Part shown: positions 1 to 8,846 of the stretch, piece by piece
Layout of the letters: the number at the start of each line of letters is the position of its first letter
Numbering within the stretch: the first letter of the stretch is position 1
Origin: Promethearchaeia archaeon
Lineage (GTDB): Archaea; Asgardarchaeota; Lokiarchaeia; Sigyniarchaeales; SOKP01
Direction: 5' to 3'
Length of the DNA: 64,000 nt
Assembly (NCBI GenBank): GCA_049671145.1
Contig: JBATUM010000088.1
Location: forward strand, 13,801 to 77,800
Translations under genes and position numbers: made by a program
The notes under the pieces: model-generated
The model's database searches: none
What the model was told of the DNA's origin: nothing
Seen by the model: only the letters and a program-made list of their open reading frames with translations

Positions 1-267
1 TCTTCCCAAAATTTACAACTTGATCAGATTGAAACAATATTACCAGAATTATTCTTTCTAAATAAAATTAAACTCGAAACTGAAATTGAATCAGGATTGA
101 TATTTTGCCCAAAATGTAAACGCTGGTTTCCCATAAGAGATAGTATTCCACAGATGCTCCCAGATGAATATAGAAAGAAAAACGAAGAAGTTGAATTTTT
201 AAAGATTAATAAAAAATTATTAGGTGAAAGTTTTTTTAAGCATAATTTAAAACCATTCAATATTTAA
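1..267 (+). CDS. Trm112-like zinc-ribbon protein, N-terminus cut by window edge
   Basis: Frame 1 is open from base 1 to TAA at 265-267. It is absent from the ORF track because no Met lies in the window. The translation ...GLIFCPKCKRWFPIRDSIPQMLPDEY... matches the Trm112/UPF0434 C-terminal signature (CPxC ... [FY]PI.D.IP.ML). The antisense track ORF 24..260 is low-complexity. Confidence 0.55.
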   Translation, partial: SSQNLQLDQIETILPELFFLNKIKLETEIESGLIFCPKCKRWFPIRDSIPQMLPDEYRKKNEEVEFLKINKKLLGESFFKHNLKPFNI

Positions 268-299
268 ATTTTAATGAATTTATTAATTACATAAAATAA

Positions 300-372
300 A
301 GCCCGGTGGTGTAGCGGCCAAGCATATGGGGCCTTGAACCCCGTGACCACGGTTCGAATCCGTGCCGGGCTA
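300..372 (+). tRNA. tRNA-Gln (anticodon UUG at 334-336)
   Basis: 73-nt cloverleaf. Acceptor AGCCCGG/CCGGGCT with the A1-U72 pair typical of archaeal tRNA-Gln; U8. D arm GTGT/GCAT. Anticodon stem TGGGG/CCCCG with loop CCTTGAA. T arm CACGG-TTCGAAT-CCGTG. Discriminator A; no encoded CCA. Position 33 reads C rather than the near-universal U. Confidence 0.8.
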
Positions 373-571
373 TAATTACAACTTTTTTTAGTATAATTCG
401 ATAATTCTATGAATAAAAATTATTAGCAACAAATTTCCCGATCTTAATTCAAAAGGAATTAAATACAAGTATGATTAGTAAATTAAGATAAAAGTTTTAA
501 TGAAATTTAAACTAACAACGATTTTTTACCTTAATAAAGTTTAATTTAGATGTCCTTTTTAAAAAATTAAT

Positions 572-1522
572 ATGAAAAGCACTATTAAAAATACCTTAAA
601 TCTTTTGCGAATAAGGCAGTATTATAAAAATGTGTTAATTTTCGTAGGATCTTTCTTTGCTGGAAAATTATTAGACATTTTACTTTTACCACTTCTTATT
701 TTAGGCTTTATAATTTTATGTTGCGCATCTTCAATCAATTATATTATAAATGATATAATCGATATCGAAAAAGATAAGCTACACCCAGAAAAATTAGAAA
801 AAAAAGCCCTTGCTTCCGGAAAACTTTCTGTAAAGTTTGCACTGGCATTAATAGCATTCCTTTTTATAATTATAATAATTTTATTAATATTTTTAATCCC
901 AAATTTAAATTTCATCATCATGTTGGTTTTAGTATTTGGAACGGGACAATTTTATAATTATTTCTTTAAAAAATATGCATTTATTGATGTTTTAGTCTTA
1001 GCATTAATTTATCTTTGGCGTGCATTAGCAGGGTGCGTCTTGATAGATGTTATTGTATCTCCTTGGTTAATTTTAGCGGTATATGAAGGTGCATTATTTT
1101 TGGTTATTGCAAAAAGAAAAGGAGATTTAATCTTATTAGGAGAAGATAAAGCTAAAGTACATAAAAAAATCTATGAACAATATAACATGAAATTGTTAGA
1201 ACAATTCCATACGATTACTGCTGCTACTATCTTAATTACTTATATTATGTATTTGATATCTCAATTTTATCTATTCGAAGATTTGAGATTTTTTTATCAA
1301 TATTTAATAATCTTATCTATACCAACTATGTCTTATATTATTATGAGGTATATGTATTTAACCACAGCGAAACCTGAAATTGCTCGGAGTACTGAAAAAG
1401 TAATTTTCGATAAGGGAATTCTTATCGCTGGGTTATTTTTAGGTGCAATATTCTTTTTTACTTTTTATTATATGGATATAAAGCAGATTTTATATGATTT
1501 GTTTAAAATAACTTTACCCTAA
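572..1522 (+). CDS. UbiA-superfamily prenyltransferase (decaprenyl-phosphate phosphoribosyltransferase-like branch)
   Basis: 316 aa, polytopic membrane protein. N-terminal LLRIRQYYKNVLIF and the Asp-rich NDIIDIEKD motif (NDxxDxxxD) are UbiA-family hallmarks. Confidence 0.75.
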   Translation: MKSTIKNTLNLLRIRQYYKNVLIFVGSFFAGKLLDILLLPLLILGFIILCCASSINYIINDIIDIEKDKLHPEKLEKKALASGKLSVKFALALIAFLFIIIIILLIFLIPNLNFIIMLVLVFGTGQFYNYFFKKYAFIDVLVLALIYLWRALAGCVLIDVIVSPWLILAVYEGALFLVIAKRKGDLILLGEDKAKVHKKIYEQYNMKLLEQFHTITAATILITYIMYLISQFYLFEDLRFFYQYLIILSIPTMSYIIMRYMYLTTAKPEIARSTEKVIFDKGILIAGLFLGAIFFFTFYYMDIKQILYDLFKITLP

Positions 1523-1560
1523 TTTTTAATTTGACCTTATAACACTTTATATTTAGAAGT

Positions 1561-2760
1561 TTATTCAATTTGTGAATCCAAATATGATATGGTTTCATGA
1601 CAAATTCCTAGACATCCATTTAAAATCTTATTTGAACATTTATCTGGAGTGTCTCTTATAGAATGAATGTATTTTGAATCCTTATCTGAATGGAAACATG
1701 CAACCTGAAAAGAGCTTTTAGTTTTCTTACTAAAACGTCGAAATGAAATATGATCTCCTGCTGGTTTACGCACTTTTTTATAAACTTCTAAAGGTATTTT
1801 TAGTTTCCGTGCGGATTGTTGAATTTTTTTATTTAAATTCTTATTAAATGCTTTTTTTCTAATTAGTCCCTTTTTGTTGAAGAGCCCTATATAAGTACCT
1901 ACCATATCTATATTTATATTCATAGATTTGTTGAGATCATATTTATTTTTGAGATAATATTTATTTCTTTTGATAAAATTTTTTGACCCCTTCAACCCCC
2001 ATTCCTCTGCTCCACACCAAACTAATAAAACGTCATAATTTTCAAGCGGTTTATTTTTTATTAATTTCGCTAATTCAATTAAGATAGAAACCCCACTTGC
2101 ATTGTCTATGGAACCAGTTGATTTATTTGCAATAAAGAAAAATAAAAAAGTTGGAATTACTACACTTAAAGAAATTATTGAAATAATACTTACTAAATAA
2201 ATAAAAACTACATTGTATACGGTAATTGAAAACAAATTAAGTGCTATCCAAATTGAAACAAACATATTTAGACCAATATATGGTAAGATAACAATCCTAA
2301 TTATGAATAATAATGCATTTTGAACTTTATAAGAGATCCTTGAAGAAACAGAATCATAATGAGCAGAAAAAATAATCACTGGCCTGTTTTTTACCCTCCT
2401 TCTAGCTTTAACGGTTGCAATTAAGTTTTTAGATTGTTCTTTTTTTGTAAACGAGATCTTCCTGGTTTTTTGAAACATGTATTTAATAAAAAAAAAGAAT
2501 ACAATTACTAAGAATAAACGAAAAACAAGTAAATATGCTAATACCATTAAATAAATAGTTTTCATTAAAAATCTTATTGGACTACTCCATGCAAAATATT
2601 CCAATTTGAATTTAATCCCATTATCAAAAAGTTCTTCTTGCAAATAATTAACAGCTTTTGTTTCTCCTACCGTTGCTGCTGAACGATCAAATGCTAAACG
2701 ATTAACATGTTTAATAGTATCTAATTCATCGATTACTTCTTGTTCTAATACAACCACCAT
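1561..2760 (-). CDS. M28-family metallopeptidase with inserted transmembrane helices
   Basis: 399 aa. M28 motifs FSAHYDSV, GSIDNASGVSILIELAK, WCGAEEWGLKGSKNF and NIDMVG. Several hydrophobic helices interrupt the catalytic domain. Confidence 0.7.
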   Translation of the reverse strand: MVVVLEQEVIDELDTIKHVNRLAFDRSAATVGETKAVNYLQEELFDNGIKFKLEYFAWSSPIRFLMKTIYLMVLAYLLVFRLFLVIVFFFFIKYMFQKTRKISFTKKEQSKNLIATVKARRRVKNRPVIIFSAHYDSVSSRISYKVQNALLFIIRIVILPYIGLNMFVSIWIALNLFSITVYNVVFIYLVSIISIISLSVVIPTFLFFFIANKSTGSIDNASGVSILIELAKLIKNKPLENYDVLLVWCGAEEWGLKGSKNFIKRNKYYLKNKYDLNKSMNINIDMVGTYIGLFNKKGLIRKKAFNKNLNKKIQQSARKLKIPLEVYKKVRKPAGDHISFRRFSKKTKSSFQVACFHSDKDSKYIHSIRDTPDKCSNKILNGCLGICHETISYLDSQIE

Positions 2761-3065
2761 TTCATCTCAATTTATAATTTTATTGATCCTTTATAATGTT
2801 AATTATGTCAGAAGTTTAGTAAAAAGTGATTTTTTATAACACTTATAATGATTCATGTTTTTTAAAAAATATCTCAGAAAGCTTAATTTTGAAATATTTA
2901 AATTTTACAATAATAAAACTAGTTGAAAATTTTTACACTACCTAAATTCTGATTATTTTTACATAACAACAAAAAAAAGGTAAAACTTATAAGTTTACAA
3001 ATTAACTTTCAATAACTACAAATCTAATTATAATAAAAAATCAAAAAATTTTAAGTGATATAAAT

Positions 3066-4841
3066 ATGGAAATGGAAAAGAAAAATGTAGCAATCATTAT
3101 TCTCGCCATAGCATTAATCGCCTCAGGTGTTGGCAACATTATCCTTGTTGTACAACCACAATTAGAACCTGAAGTGGGAATACGGACTATAAAATTCGGT
3201 AACATGTATATAGCCGAAGATATTGACCCTCAATATTCCTGGGATTCAGCTTCTTTTGATGCGGAGATGATGGTTTGGGAGCAATTATTCAAGAATAATT
3301 TGACTGCGCCTTCACTAGGAGTTAATATGGAAGCCTTTCCCTTGCTTACAACTGACATGGGTACTTACGATGTAACAGGAACAGAATTAACTGTTTACCT
3401 TAAACCAGGGATTAAGTTCCACGATGGTACCGATTGTGATGCTGCTGCTGTTGTATGGAGTTTTCAAAGATTATTATACCTGATGAATACCACATGGATG
3501 GGAGGTGCTCATCCTTGGGGCACTCTACCAGATACCTGCTTTTATAACATCCCAACTATTGTTGATTCGTTATATTATGTTGGAGGAGTTCCAATTATTT
3601 ATAATGTTGAAGCTATTACTACAACAGAAGTAAAGTTTACTTTAAGTCAACCTTATGGTGTTTTCCGCGCTTTATTAACATTCCCAGCATCATCTATCAT
3701 GTCTCCTACTTCTACACCACAACTAGATTATATTAATCCAAGTTTAGTTGATACTGGTATCTGTGTTGGAACTGGTCCTATGGAAATACTAAAACTTGAA
3801 ACTTATGAAGTAAGATTCAAAGCGTATGAAGATTATCATCGACCTCGAATAGGTTTTGATGTCTTAGTACATGTTAAAATCCAAGATGGTGATGCCAGAA
3901 ATATGGCAGTACTTTCTGGTGCTGTAGATATCGTCACAGATCCTTTCTTCTCATACTTCCCTACAATGATAGCAGAGCCAGAAGTTACTCTTTTAAATAC
4001 AGGTACAGTAAATTCTATTACCCAATACATGGGTATTAATACCAAATGGTATAACATAACATGGAGAAATGTATTTTCATACGCATTTAACTATACTGGA
4101 GTAATCGATGGTATAATGGAAGGTTATGGAGTGAGAATGAAAACGCCAGTACCACCAGGAATTAAGTACCATAACGACACATTCAATGTCCCAACCTATA
4201 ACCTTGCAACGGCTAGATCATATATGCAGGCCATGGGTTATGGACTTGGATTTACATTAGACTCACAATGGGAGGCAGCAACTTTTCTAACTGTCAACTA
4301 TACCTATAACACTGGCAATCTTGTCAGAGAAGGGGTATATGATATATTAGAAAAAGCCTTTGATAAAGTAGGAATAGTTGTAGAGGATGCGGGTATGACA
4401 TGGGAAGATTTCAAAGACAGATTATACGACAGAAGGGTATCAAGTGCCGGCTATAATGCCATGCATCTTTGGTGGGTCGGATGGATCCCTGACTATAACG
4501 ATCCTGAGAACTTTATTAACCCATTAATGCATCCGGATTCATCCAGTAACGCTGCTCAATTAAATGATCCTTATCTAAATGGATTAATGCAAGACGGAAT
4601 CGATACAACTGATGAACAAGCAAGAAAACACATTTATTGGGAGATTCAGCGCTATGTCGTTGAGGAGACCAGACAATGGCTATTCGGCTACCATGGAGAG
4701 AACTTTGATACCTTTGACATTAACCTTAAAGGATGGGTTGGCAATCCAATCGGATATAATGATTTCTACGGAACTTACTGGGACGGAGAGCTTAGAGCAG
4801 GCGAATATGGATATATGGAAGATGGATTTATCCCTACCTAA
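3066..4841 (+). CDS. ABC transporter substrate-binding protein, family 5 (peptide/nickel, OppA/DppA-like), membrane-anchored
   Basis: 591 aa. N-terminal hydrophobic anchor VAIIILAIALIASGVGNIIL. Family-5 SBP-like pattern (LKPGIKFHDGT, size about 590 aa). Lies in the same orientation as the downstream Dpp/Opp-type permease and ATPase genes. Confidence 0.8.
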   Translation: MEMEKKNVAIIILAIALIASGVGNIILVVQPQLEPEVGIRTIKFGNMYIAEDIDPQYSWDSASFDAEMMVWEQLFKNNLTAPSLGVNMEAFPLLTTDMGTYDVTGTELTVYLKPGIKFHDGTDCDAAAVVWSFQRLLYLMNTTWMGGAHPWGTLPDTCFYNIPTIVDSLYYVGGVPIIYNVEAITTTEVKFTLSQPYGVFRALLTFPASSIMSPTSTPQLDYINPSLVDTGICVGTGPMEILKLETYEVRFKAYEDYHRPRIGFDVLVHVKIQDGDARNMAVLSGAVDIVTDPFFSYFPTMIAEPEVTLLNTGTVNSITQYMGINTKWYNITWRNVFSYAFNYTGVIDGIMEGYGVRMKTPVPPGIKYHNDTFNVPTYNLATARSYMQAMGYGLGFTLDSQWEAATFLTVNYTYNTGNLVREGVYDILEKAFDKVGIVVEDAGMTWEDFKDRLYDRRVSSAGYNAMHLWWVGWIPDYNDPENFINPLMHPDSSSNAAQLNDPYLNGLMQDGIDTTDEQARKHIYWEIQRYVVEETRQWLFGYHGENFDTFDINLKGWVGNPIGYNDFYGTYWDGELRAGEYGYMEDGFIPT

Positions 4842-4845
4842 TCTA
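4835..4845 (+). repeat. 11-bp direct repeat TACCTAATCTA, left copy (spans the SBP stop codon)
   Basis: Exact 11-mer also present at 6670-6680. Both copies contain the TAA stop of the preceding ORF. Confidence 0.6.
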
Positions 4846-4886
4846 GCCGGACCCAGATATGCGTAATAAATCAAATTAAATTATTA

Positions 4887-4906
4887 TTTTTTTTTATTTT
4901 TTTTTT
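4887..4906 (+). terminator. oligo-T tract (T9-A-T10), candidate archaeal terminator after the SBP gene
   Basis: Two long T runs lie 46 nt past the stop codon. Archaeal RNAP terminates at oligo-T. Confidence 0.35.
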
Positions 4907-5052
4907 ATTATTGTTCTTATTCCCAAAGATTACAAAAGAAGGAACCAATAAAAACCAATTAAACTATTTAGAATTGGTGTTCAGATTTTTGAACAGAATA
5001 TATTAGGGATAGTTTTAAAAAGCAAGAAATCACAAAATTATTTAGTAAATAT

Positions 5053-5355
5053 ATGAAAGAGAAATCTAAATTAAATGTAGTTTTAACGATTTTTGGAATC
5101 GATTTTGCTTTATCACCAATATGTGGCAACAATATCAGTTTTAATGCTGGAGACAGCAATAGAGGTTTGGAATATAACGATTATATTAATTTAGATAACG
5201 AAATTTTAAAAATCTCAAGAGTTTCGGGGAAAATCCATCTCAATCATAGTTGGTTTACTACTAAGGCTGCCAGAATTTGCACGGATTCAGGCGCTTATTC
5301 TGATCCTAATGTTATTGAAGATTTGGTAATAGATGGTGGAGGTGGATTCTTATAA
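5053..5355 (+). pseudogene. Possible 5' remnant of a beta-helix/adhesin-like surface protein gene
   Basis: 100-aa ORF with an N-terminal hydrophobic segment. It ends in ...AARICTDSGAYSDPNVIEDLVIDGGGGFL*. This resembles the start of archaeal right-handed beta-helix surface proteins (G.G..SDPY.IE.L.ID), but the ORF stops where the helix repeats should begin. Confidence 0.3.
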
Positions 5356-5471
5356 ACTCAAGAGGTTTATTTAAAAGTCCCCCTCCTAAATTAAAATCTT
5401 TTAAAAACGATATTGCTCCGATTGGGTTTTATTTTGATTTATTTGCCCCTGATCTCTTTAAAATTCCTGTA

Positions 5472-6209
5472 ATGCCCGTTCCGATGAGAATCGACAAATT
5501 ATCAAATGGAAAGCCCACCTTATTTATTTATCCTGACACTATTAAATTAAATAGACTATGTAAAAAATTGAATTTATCTTTAAATTTCGAATTATTTTTC
5601 ACTATAGGATTTAAAAATCTAATAAAATATACAAAAAAAAAATACAAAGAAATAACGTTTCGTACGCTAGAAGATAATAAAATCATAGATTGGTTTAATT
5701 ACTCAAAAATAATAAACGCAGATATTTCTTACCTTATATGTGATTTTACATTTTTAACTTCTGAATTTTTAAAATTATATTCAAAAATTGATTTTAGGAA
5801 GGATTTAGAAGAATATCATACTGAATTCATCCAATACTGTGACAGAATAATTAATTTTTTAAAACATAGAATAGAAAATAATATATTAGAAAATGAATGT
5901 GAAAATGTTATTAAAACTGAAAAATTATATGAGGAAAGAGAAAATAAATATTTTCCTAATATAATTTCTCTAAAAATTTATAATTCTAATATAAAGAAAT
6001 GGAAAAATATGAATTTCATTCCATATTTGATATATGATGATCTGTTTGATTCGTTTTCTTATAACAAGAAATTATTACATGAAGAAAAGTATTCACTGTT
6101 TGATTTACAATTATGGAAAGAAAATAATATAATTAATAACGGATCGAAAACTTATGAATTTGTTTTTGAAAAATTTCTTTATAATCTTAATATTAGAGAT
6201 TTAAAGTAG
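5472..6209 (+). CDS. Hypothetical protein, Asn/Lys/Ile-rich, no recognisable domain
   Basis: 245-aa ORF in a strongly AT-rich stretch inside the ABC operon. No motif recognised. Confidence 0.4.
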   Translation: MPVPMRIDKLSNGKPTLFIYPDTIKLNRLCKKLNLSLNFELFFTIGFKNLIKYTKKKYKEITFRTLEDNKIIDWFNYSKIINADISYLICDFTFLTSEFLKLYSKIDFRKDLEEYHTEFIQYCDRIINFLKHRIENNILENECENVIKTEKLYEERENKYFPNIISLKIYNSNIKKWKNMNFIPYLIYDDLFDSFSYNKKLLHEEKYSLFDLQLWKENNIINNGSKTYEFVFEKFLYNLNIRDLK

Positions 6210-6220
6210 GGAATGCTATC

Positions 6221-6676
6221 ATGAAAAAAAAAATTGAAATTGGACGACAATCTAAATTTATTTTAGCATGTTTATTAATTCATTTTTTATACTTTGGATA
6301 TATATGTAATGTATATGAAAAATCGATTGGAGAAAATATTCTCTTTTTATATAGAGTAATGTTTAATCCCCAGTCATATTTATCGCTAATTATTTTATTC
6401 GGTATTATTTTTATCACTGTATTCAGAGAAAGATTTTTTGAATATGGGATTAGAAATAGTATGTGGTTAATTCTGTTTATCATATTCGAATCATGGATAT
6501 GGTATTGGTTTATTAATGGATTTGATATTCTCATAATTTTTACATTTTTTATAAGATATGAAGCTTATATATCAATTCTTTCGTTAGTAGGGCTAAATTT
6601 ACTATCAGCATTTCTTGGCGCTACTTTAAAACAAAAATATATAAAGTATCTTGAAAAAGTTAGAAAAGTTACCTAA
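6221..6676 (+). CDS. Hypothetical membrane protein (about 4 TM)
   Basis: 151 aa with four hydrophobic helices. The start lies 12 nt after the previous ORF. The stop sits inside the right copy of the 11-bp direct repeat. Confidence 0.45.
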   Translation: MKKKIEIGRQSKFILACLLIHFLYFGYICNVYEKSIGENILFLYRVMFNPQSYLSLIILFGIIFITVFRERFFEYGIRNSMWLILFIIFESWIWYWFINGFDILIIFTFFIRYEAYISILSLVGLNLLSAFLGATLKQKYIKYLEKVRKVT

Positions 6677-6680
6677 TCTA
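6670..6680 (+). repeat. 11-bp direct repeat TACCTAATCTA, right copy
   Basis: Exact match to 4835-4845, 1835 bp away. Confidence 0.6.
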
Positions 6681-6740
6681 TCAGAAAATTAAAAAAAAAA
6701 AAAGGAAAAAAAAAATGTATATAGGGTGATCTAATAGTCT

Positions 6741-7757
6741 ATGAGTATGATCAAATATATCTTCAAAAGAGTCCTAAGTATGATACCTGTGTTGTTTGGT
6801 GCTTTATTACTGACATTTATTCTTTCTAGAGCCATGCCAGGCGATCCTGTTTCAGCATACCTCCCTGCCAGAGCCACTCCGGAACAATATTGGGATGCAT
6901 ACTATTCTTACGGATTTCATCTTCCCATCTGGCAACAATTCTTTATATACCTCGGTAACATATTCACAGGAAATTGGGGTAATTCGATTAATGTTGCTAA
7001 AGGTGTACCGGTTTGGGATTTAATTTGGGAACGACTCCCAAGAACCATAGATGTTACCCTCTTTTCAATGATTATTGCTGCATTTATAGGAGTTAAAACC
7101 GGTGTAATTTCTGCAAAGCATCGAAATAAATGGAGGGATACGGTTTTTAGAGGTACAGCGCTTATAGGCGTATCAATCCCTGTTTTCTGGTTAGGGCTAT
7201 TATTGCAATATTTTATCTCTTACCAATTGGGTTGGCTACCTAATATGCACTTTAAAGATGCTGGATATCCAGATCCTCCTATGGTTACGGGTTTTAGAAT
7301 AATTGACTCGTTAATTTCAGGGCAGTGGTACTTAGTAGGGGATTATTTAGTCCACTTGGCGTTACCTGTTTTCTCCTTATCATTTATTTTTCTCGCATCA
7401 ATTACACGGCAAACTCGTTCAAGTATGCTTGAAGTACTTCAACAAGATTATATAAGAACTGCTCGCGCAAAAGGGTGTAAAGAAAAAGATGTAATTAAGA
7501 AGCATGCTCGGAAGAACGCGTTAATCCCAACTGTAACAATTATTGGATTAAACATCGGAGGGTTATTAGGTGGTGCATTTTTAACAGAAACTACCTTTAA
7601 TTTATTTGGAGTCGGCGATCTTTTGTTAGAGGCTATAACAGGTCGTGATTATAGTACACTTAATGCGATTGTTGTTATGACAACGTTAGTTTTTATAATC
7701 GTGAATTTATTTGTGGATATAATTTACGCCTATTTAGATCCTCGAATAAAATATTAA
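6741..7757 (+). CDS. ABC transporter permease (DppB/OppB type)
   Basis: 338 aa, 6 TM. Conserved loop QDYIRTARAKGCKEKDVIKKHARKNALIP and C-terminal AYLDPRI. Confidence 0.9.
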   Translation: MSMIKYIFKRVLSMIPVLFGALLLTFILSRAMPGDPVSAYLPARATPEQYWDAYYSYGFHLPIWQQFFIYLGNIFTGNWGNSINVAKGVPVWDLIWERLPRTIDVTLFSMIIAAFIGVKTGVISAKHRNKWRDTVFRGTALIGVSIPVFWLGLLLQYFISYQLGWLPNMHFKDAGYPDPPMVTGFRIIDSLISGQWYLVGDYLVHLALPVFSLSFIFLASITRQTRSSMLEVLQQDYIRTARAKGCKEKDVIKKHARKNALIPTVTIIGLNIGGLLGGAFLTETTFNLFGVGDLLLEAITGRDYSTLNAIVVMTTLVFIIVNLFVDIIYAYLDPRIKY

Positions 7758-7777
7758 ATAATATAATTCAAAAAAAG

Positions 7778-8800
7778 GTGGAAAGAAAAATGAAACAAGA
7801 AGTAAGTCTTCAAGAATTAGAGGGAGAATTGGAAGCCGAAGAAGAAAAAAGCGCCAGTAAAGCTGTTTTTAAATGGTTCTTCAAAAATATTAAGTTCCTT
7901 CTTATTCCTGCTTCAAGATTAGAAGAACTTACGATGCGAGAACGTGAATATGAAAAGTCTGTGAGTAAAAGAAAGTTTCTTAAAAGATTAAAATCAATAT
8001 TAACCATTATTGGAGTTATTCTGGTGCTTTATGTTATAACCCTAGCTGTATTTGGTGCTTGGATTTCTCCATATACCTTTGCAGAAGCTGATGACGTGTA
8101 TGGCGTATATTGGACAGCACCTTCTCCAGTACATCCTTTAGGAACCACCTATATGGGGCGAGATGTGTATGCAAGAATGATATATGGAGCCAGAGCTTCA
8201 TTAACTATGGCTTTACCCGCAATAGGATTAAGTCTTGGTGCGGGTATTGTTTTTGGAGTAATATCTGCTTACCAAGGTGGTTGGCTCGATACAATAATTA
8301 TGAGGATTTTTGACGTTATGCTTGCATTCCCGGCGTTAATCTTTGCTATAGTTATGGTATCAATCTTTGGAAGACAATTGAATAATATTATCATGGCTTA
8401 TGGTATTCTTGGAATTCCTTATTATTCACGATTAATAAGGGGAAATGTATTACAAGCAAAAGAGTTGCCGTATGTACAAGCGGCAAAGGTATCTGGTGCA
8501 AAAAACTGGAGAATAATGTTTAAACACATACTACCAAACACTATCCAACCAATTATAATATCATTTACATTGGATATTGGAGGAGTCATTTTAAGTTTTG
8601 CTGGTCTTGCATTTCTGGGATATAGTGATCCAGATTTAATAGAATGGGGTAGAGATATCAGTTTAGCCCGGGGTCATATTTTAACAGCACCTTGGGCGTC
8701 TCTTTGGCCAGGAGTGATGATTATTATCACAGTGCTAGGATTCATGTTACTTGGAGATGGGTTACGAGATGCTCTCGATCCAAGATTGAAGAATTTATAA
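7778..8800 (+). CDS. ABC transporter permease (DppC/OppC type)
   Basis: 340 aa. Motifs LGTTYMGRDVYARMIYGARASL, YVQAAKVSGAKNWRIMFKHILPN and GDGLRDALDPR. GTG start; an ATG at 7790 is an alternative. Confidence 0.9.
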   Translation: MERKMKQEVSLQELEGELEAEEEKSASKAVFKWFFKNIKFLLIPASRLEELTMREREYEKSVSKRKFLKRLKSILTIIGVILVLYVITLAVFGAWISPYTFAEADDVYGVYWTAPSPVHPLGTTYMGRDVYARMIYGARASLTMALPAIGLSLGAGIVFGVISAYQGGWLDTIIMRIFDVMLAFPALIFAIVMVSIFGRQLNNIIMAYGILGIPYYSRLIRGNVLQAKELPYVQAAKVSGAKNWRIMFKHILPNTIQPIIISFTLDIGGVILSFAGLAFLGYSDPDLIEWGRDISLARGHILTAPWASLWPGVMIIITVLGFMLLGDGLRDALDPRLKNL

Positions 8801-8846
8801 TTTTTTTTTTTAAAAACAATTAGACTAAGATTGATGATTAAGAAAA

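Noticed and set aside
4612-4866. 84-aa + strand ORF in an alternative frame at the SBP 3' end, plus the similar alternative-frame ORFs 8110..8313 and 27821..28048
   Set aside because: Each lies within a well-supported CDS in another frame. No independent evidence supports them.
4846-6669. Mobile element call (IS/transposon) for the ABC-operon insert
   Set aside because: No transposase, integrase or terminal inverted repeats were recognised. Only the flanking 11-bp direct repeat supports insertion, so it is reported as a finding rather than annotated as a mobile element.
8801-8811. T11 tract between the second permease and the first ATPase gene, considered as an intra-operon terminator
   Set aside because: It could attenuate transcription, but the four downstream genes are obligate partners of the upstream ones. 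Without transcript data I do not call it a terminator.
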